Source of the DNA: an uncultured Desulfobacula sp.
Lineage (GTDB): Bacteria; Desulfobacterota; Desulfobacteria; Desulfobacterales; Desulfobacteraceae
Direction: 5' to 3'
NCBI GenBank assembly: GCA_964646305.1
Contig: CAZYDL010000001.1
Coordinates: forward strand, 1-40,082
DNA length: 40,082 bases
The stretch's first letter is position 1, and each line of letters starts with the position of its first letter. The notes beneath the pieces were generated by a model. The model did no database searches, was not told where the DNA came from, and was given only the letters and a program-made list of their open reading frames with translations. Made by a program: the position numbers and the translations under genes. Below, one piece after another: positions 36,995 to 40,082 of the stretch.

Positions 36995-37024
36995 TTGACG
37001 GCAATAACTTAAATATCGTATTAT
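36995..37024 (+). promoter_or_regulatory. Candidate sigma70 promoter for the ABC operon
   Basis: TTGACG-N18-TATTAT, ~40 nt upstream of the ATG. Confidence 0.4.
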
Positions 37025-37064
37025 CCCTGAAATTTTTATTAATTCAAAAAAGGAGTACATAGGA

Positions 37065-38222
37065 ATGAAAAAATGGATGTTATTGGTATTAATTTGTTCA
37101 ATATTTTTTATGGGATTTTCTGCAACTACCTTTGCAGCGGACAAAAAACTTAAGGCCGGGTTTATATATGTTGGCCCTGTGGGTGATTATGGATGGTCCC
37201 ATGCCCATGACATGGGGAAAAAATTTGCAGAAAAAAAATTACCCTGGCTTGAAACCATTATTGTAGAATCTGTTGGAGAAGCAGACAGCGCAAGAATTAT
37301 TGACAGACTTGTTCAACAACAAAAATGTGACGTTGTTTTCACCACAAGCTTTGGCTATATGGAAGACACAATCAAAGCAGGGCAAAGATATCCTGACAAG
37401 ACTTTCATGCACTGTTCAGGGTTTAAAAATTCCAAAAATGTAGGAACATATTTTGGTGATCTTTACCAGATGTATTATCTCAATGGAATCATGGCAGGTG
37501 CTTTAACCAAGACCAATAAAATTGGTTATGTGGCAGCTTTTCCCATTCCTGAACTTATCCGTCATATTGATGCCTATGCCCTTGGCATTAAAGCTGCAAA
37601 TCCCAAAGCCACTCTCAGTGTAAAATGGATATATGCATGGTATGGACCAGACAAGGCAAAAGAAGCTGCTGAAGCATTAATTGCAGAAGGCTGCGATGCC
37701 CTAGCTTTTACTGAAGATACTCCTGCTGTAATTGAAGTGGGACAAAGCCACAGTGAAAAAGGCAAACAGATTTACACTTTCAGCCACTATTCAGCCATGC
37801 AGCCCTATGGAAAAGATTCTGTTGTTTCAGGACAGCTAATGGACTGGGGTGGAATCTATGTAAAAATTCTTGAGAGCATTTATAATGGAACATGGACAAA
37901 TGATGATATCTGGTGGCTTGCCAAGGAAAAAGCAGCCATTCTTGGCGGCAACGCAACAGATATAATCAATCCAAAATTTCTTGATGCACTTAAAAATGCA
38001 ATGATTGATACAAAAGAGTTTGGTAAAATTTCAGCATATAAGCTTGTTACAATGAGATATGCACAGATGCAACAAGGCGTTGATGTATTTGAACCCTTTA
38101 CAGGCCCCATTAAAGACAACAAAGGCAACCTGAAAATTAAAGCAGGGGAAAAAGCTTCAAAGCAGGATCTTCTCGGCATTATGTATTATGTTGATAATGT
38201 TAAAGGAAGTATCCCCAAATAA
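37065..38222 (+). CDS. BMP-family ABC substrate-binding protein (purine/nucleoside type)
   Basis: Signal peptide; GFIYVGPVGDYGWSHAH, TTSFGYM, HCSG, KIGYVAAFPIPE. Confidence 0.9.
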   Translation: MKKWMLLVLICSIFFMGFSATTFAADKKLKAGFIYVGPVGDYGWSHAHDMGKKFAEKKLPWLETIIVESVGEADSARIIDRLVQQQKCDVVFTTSFGYMEDTIKAGQRYPDKTFMHCSGFKNSKNVGTYFGDLYQMYYLNGIMAGALTKTNKIGYVAAFPIPELIRHIDAYALGIKAANPKATLSVKWIYAWYGPDKAKEAAEALIAEGCDALAFTEDTPAVIEVGQSHSEKGKQIYTFSHYSAMQPYGKDSVVSGQLMDWGGIYVKILESIYNGTWTNDDIWWLAKEKAAILGGNATDIINPKFLDALKNAMIDTKEFGKISAYKLVTMRYAQMQQGVDVFEPFTGPIKDNKGNLKIKAGEKASKQDLLGIMYYVDNVKGSIPK

Positions 38223-38235
38223 AATTAATAATTGA

Positions 38236-38469
38236 GGAATTACACCATTTTTAATTTAGGTGTAAGGGAGTTAAAAATTTGGTGTAATTTCCAGTGGAAG
38301 GGTTTTTACCTTTAAGGGAGCGTTTTGGATCTTTGCTTACAAGTTCTTGATGACTGGAGCGTTAAGACCGTCAATTGTTTGAGCGCAGCGAGTTTTGACG
38401 GTTAGCGCAGGGAATCTTAGAACTTGTTGCAATGTCCATCCAGCGGACTTAAAGGTAAACACCCTGGAA
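38236..38469. repeat. Two intergenic inverted-repeat structures, including a ~180-bp nested palindrome (REP/MITE-like)
   Basis: AATTACACCA/TGGTGTAATT (38238/38280); AGGGTTTTTACCTTTAAG/CTTAAAGGTAAACACCCT (38299/38448); ACAAGTTCT/AGAACTTGT; ACCGTCAA/TTGACGGT around a central GAGCGCAGCGAG. Confidence 0.8.
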
Positions 38470-38529
38470 TGGGTTACAAATAACAAATTTACAAATCTTA
38501 TTACTCACTCTCATAACTATTTTAATATT

Positions 38530-40053
38530 ATGAAAAAAATACAAAGCCTTGAAATGAAAGCAATTTCAAAATCATTTCATGGTATTTTTGCCAACAAAGA
38601 TATTGATCTTAAAGTTGAATCCGGTGAAATAGTAGGGCTTCTCGGCGAAAACGGAGCTGGGAAAACCACTTTAATGAATATTTTATATGGCCTTTATCAG
38701 CCTGATTCAGGTCAAATCAAAATCAATGATAAAGATATCAGAATCAAGAACCCTGTTGAGTCAATTAACTTTGGTATTGGCATGGTTCATCAGCATTTTA
38801 TGCTTGTGCAGAATCACTCTGTGATTGAAAATATTGCTCTGGGATATAAAGATACTCCGTTTTTTTTCCCAAAGATAAAGATCAGGGAAAAGGTTGAACA
38901 ATTTTCCAGGGAATTTGATTTTAACATTGATCCTGATAAAAAAGTCTGGCAGCTTTCAGCCGGAGAACAGCAGAGAATTGAAATTCTTAAAGCACTTTTA
39001 AATGGTGCAGACCTTCTTATTTTTGATGAACCAACTTCTGTCCTGACCCCTGAAGAAATCAAAGAGCTCATTGCCATATTCAGACAATTAAAAGCCAATG
39101 GTCACATCATCATTTTCATCTCCCACAAACTTGATGAAATCATGGATATCTGCGACAGGGTTGTGGTTCTTCAAAAAGGTAAAATTGTGGGAACCGCTGA
39201 TACAAAAGATACTGACAAGAAATCTCTTGCCAGGATCATGGTGGGCAAAGATATTAATTTTTATATTGATAAAGAGAAGATAACAAGGGGCAAAAAGATA
39301 TTATCTGTGGACAGCATTAAAGTCCTGGGAGACAAAGGACTTGATGTAGTTAAAAACATCTCCTTTGATCTTTTTGAAAATGAAATTTTCGGTATTGCCG
39401 GAGTTTCAGGTAATGGCCAGAGGGAACTTGCAGAGGCAATAACAGGAATCAGACCTGTATATTCAGGCAAAATTGCAATCAATGGCAAAGATATTACCAA
39501 TAAATCACCAAGACATATTTATGACACAGGAGTTTCCCATGTTCCTGAGGAGAGAATAAGATTTGGCATAGCTCCCGGGCTTTTTTTATATGATAATGCT
39601 ATTTTAAAGCAGCATCATTTGAAAAAATTTTCCAAACGCTGGTTTTTAAAATACAAAGAAATAAAAAATCATACAAAAAATATAATCAAAGATTTTAATG
39701 TTTCCACACACTCCATTTCCAATCAGATTAGAAATTTATCCGGCGGCAATATCCAAAAACTTATCCTTGGAAGAGAGATCAGTGAGCAGCCAAAGCTTCT
39801 TGTGGCATCACACCCAACATACGGCCTTGATGTCGGGGCAACACAATTTTTAAGGGAACATCTTTTAAAATTAAGAAAGCAGGGCAGTGCTATACTTCTG
39901 TTTTCTGAAGATCTTGAAGAGATCTTTGAACTCTGCGACAGAATTGCTGTAATTTTTGACGGGCAATTCATGGCTGTCCTTGATTCAGACGATGAAAACT
40001 TATCTGATATCGGGCTCATGATGGCAGGCTCAAAAAGGGTAAGAATACAATAA
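38530..40053 (+). CDS. Nucleoside/simple-sugar (CUT2) ABC transporter, double ATPase
   Basis: GENGAGKTT, GMVHQHFML, DEPTSVL, ISHKLDE, LSGGNIQK, PTYGLDVGA; start placed at ATG 38530 because the longer ORF runs through the repeat. Confidence 0.92.
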   Translation: MKKIQSLEMKAISKSFHGIFANKDIDLKVESGEIVGLLGENGAGKTTLMNILYGLYQPDSGQIKINDKDIRIKNPVESINFGIGMVHQHFMLVQNHSVIENIALGYKDTPFFFPKIKIREKVEQFSREFDFNIDPDKKVWQLSAGEQQRIEILKALLNGADLLIFDEPTSVLTPEEIKELIAIFRQLKANGHIIIFISHKLDEIMDICDRVVVLQKGKIVGTADTKDTDKKSLARIMVGKDINFYIDKEKITRGKKILSVDSIKVLGDKGLDVVKNISFDLFENEIFGIAGVSGNGQRELAEAITGIRPVYSGKIAINGKDITNKSPRHIYDTGVSHVPEERIRFGIAPGLFLYDNAILKQHHLKKFSKRWFLKYKEIKNHTKNIIKDFNVSTHSISNQIRNLSGGNIQKLILGREISEQPKLLVASHPTYGLDVGATQFLREHLLKLRKQGSAILLFSEDLEEIFELCDRIAVIFDGQFMAVLDSDDENLSDIGLMMAGSKRVRIQ

Positions 40054-40082
40054 TGATACAAATAAAAACCACAGACAGATAC
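40053..40082 (+). CDS. Probable 5' end of an ABC permease, cut by the window edge
   Basis: TAATG overlap; MIQIKTTDRY open to the window end; expected gene order. Confidence 0.45.
   Translation, partial: MIQIKTTDRY

Noticed and set aside
38395-38529. 45-aa N-terminal extension of the ABC ATPase
   Set aside because: It starts at a TTG inside the palindromic repeat; ATPase-like sequence begins at MKKIQSLEMK (38530)

Overview
AT-rich bacterial chromosomal window. The gene content resembles a Desulfobacteraceae-like anaerobe, which is my inference. Left to right: (1) A patchwork region (1-8 kb) with a nitroreductase, gene debris, a phytoene-desaturase-family oxidoreductase and a ~4 kb recombinase-in-trio (RIT)-type element. 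The element has two extra zinc-finger genes, recognisable end motifs and three exactly spaced 12-bp repeats inside its first gene. (2) A split purH. (3) A selenocysteine formate dehydrogenase (in-frame TGA plus SECIS) followed by HydC/HydB (NuoE/NuoF)-like subunits, a candidate electron-bifurcating complex. (4) A DUF362 Fe-S protein and a cNMP-domain/oadG/oadB module with no alpha subunit. (5) A ~17 kb nitrate-ammonification cluster. It has an octaheme epsilon-Hao-type reductase with a NapC/NirT tetraheme, a c-heme sensor kinase with an OmpR regulator and candidate operator, and mobB. It also has a NarL-type system whose kinase carries a premature stop, and napD-napA followed by two tetraheme cytochromes, an NrfC/NrfD module, FmdE and a MoeA-like gene. 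(6) A BMP/nucleoside ABC transporter interrupted by a long palindromic repeat that has a second half-copy at ~17 kb. No rRNA, tRNA or CRISPR array was seen. All calls come from motif reading by eye, with no database searches.
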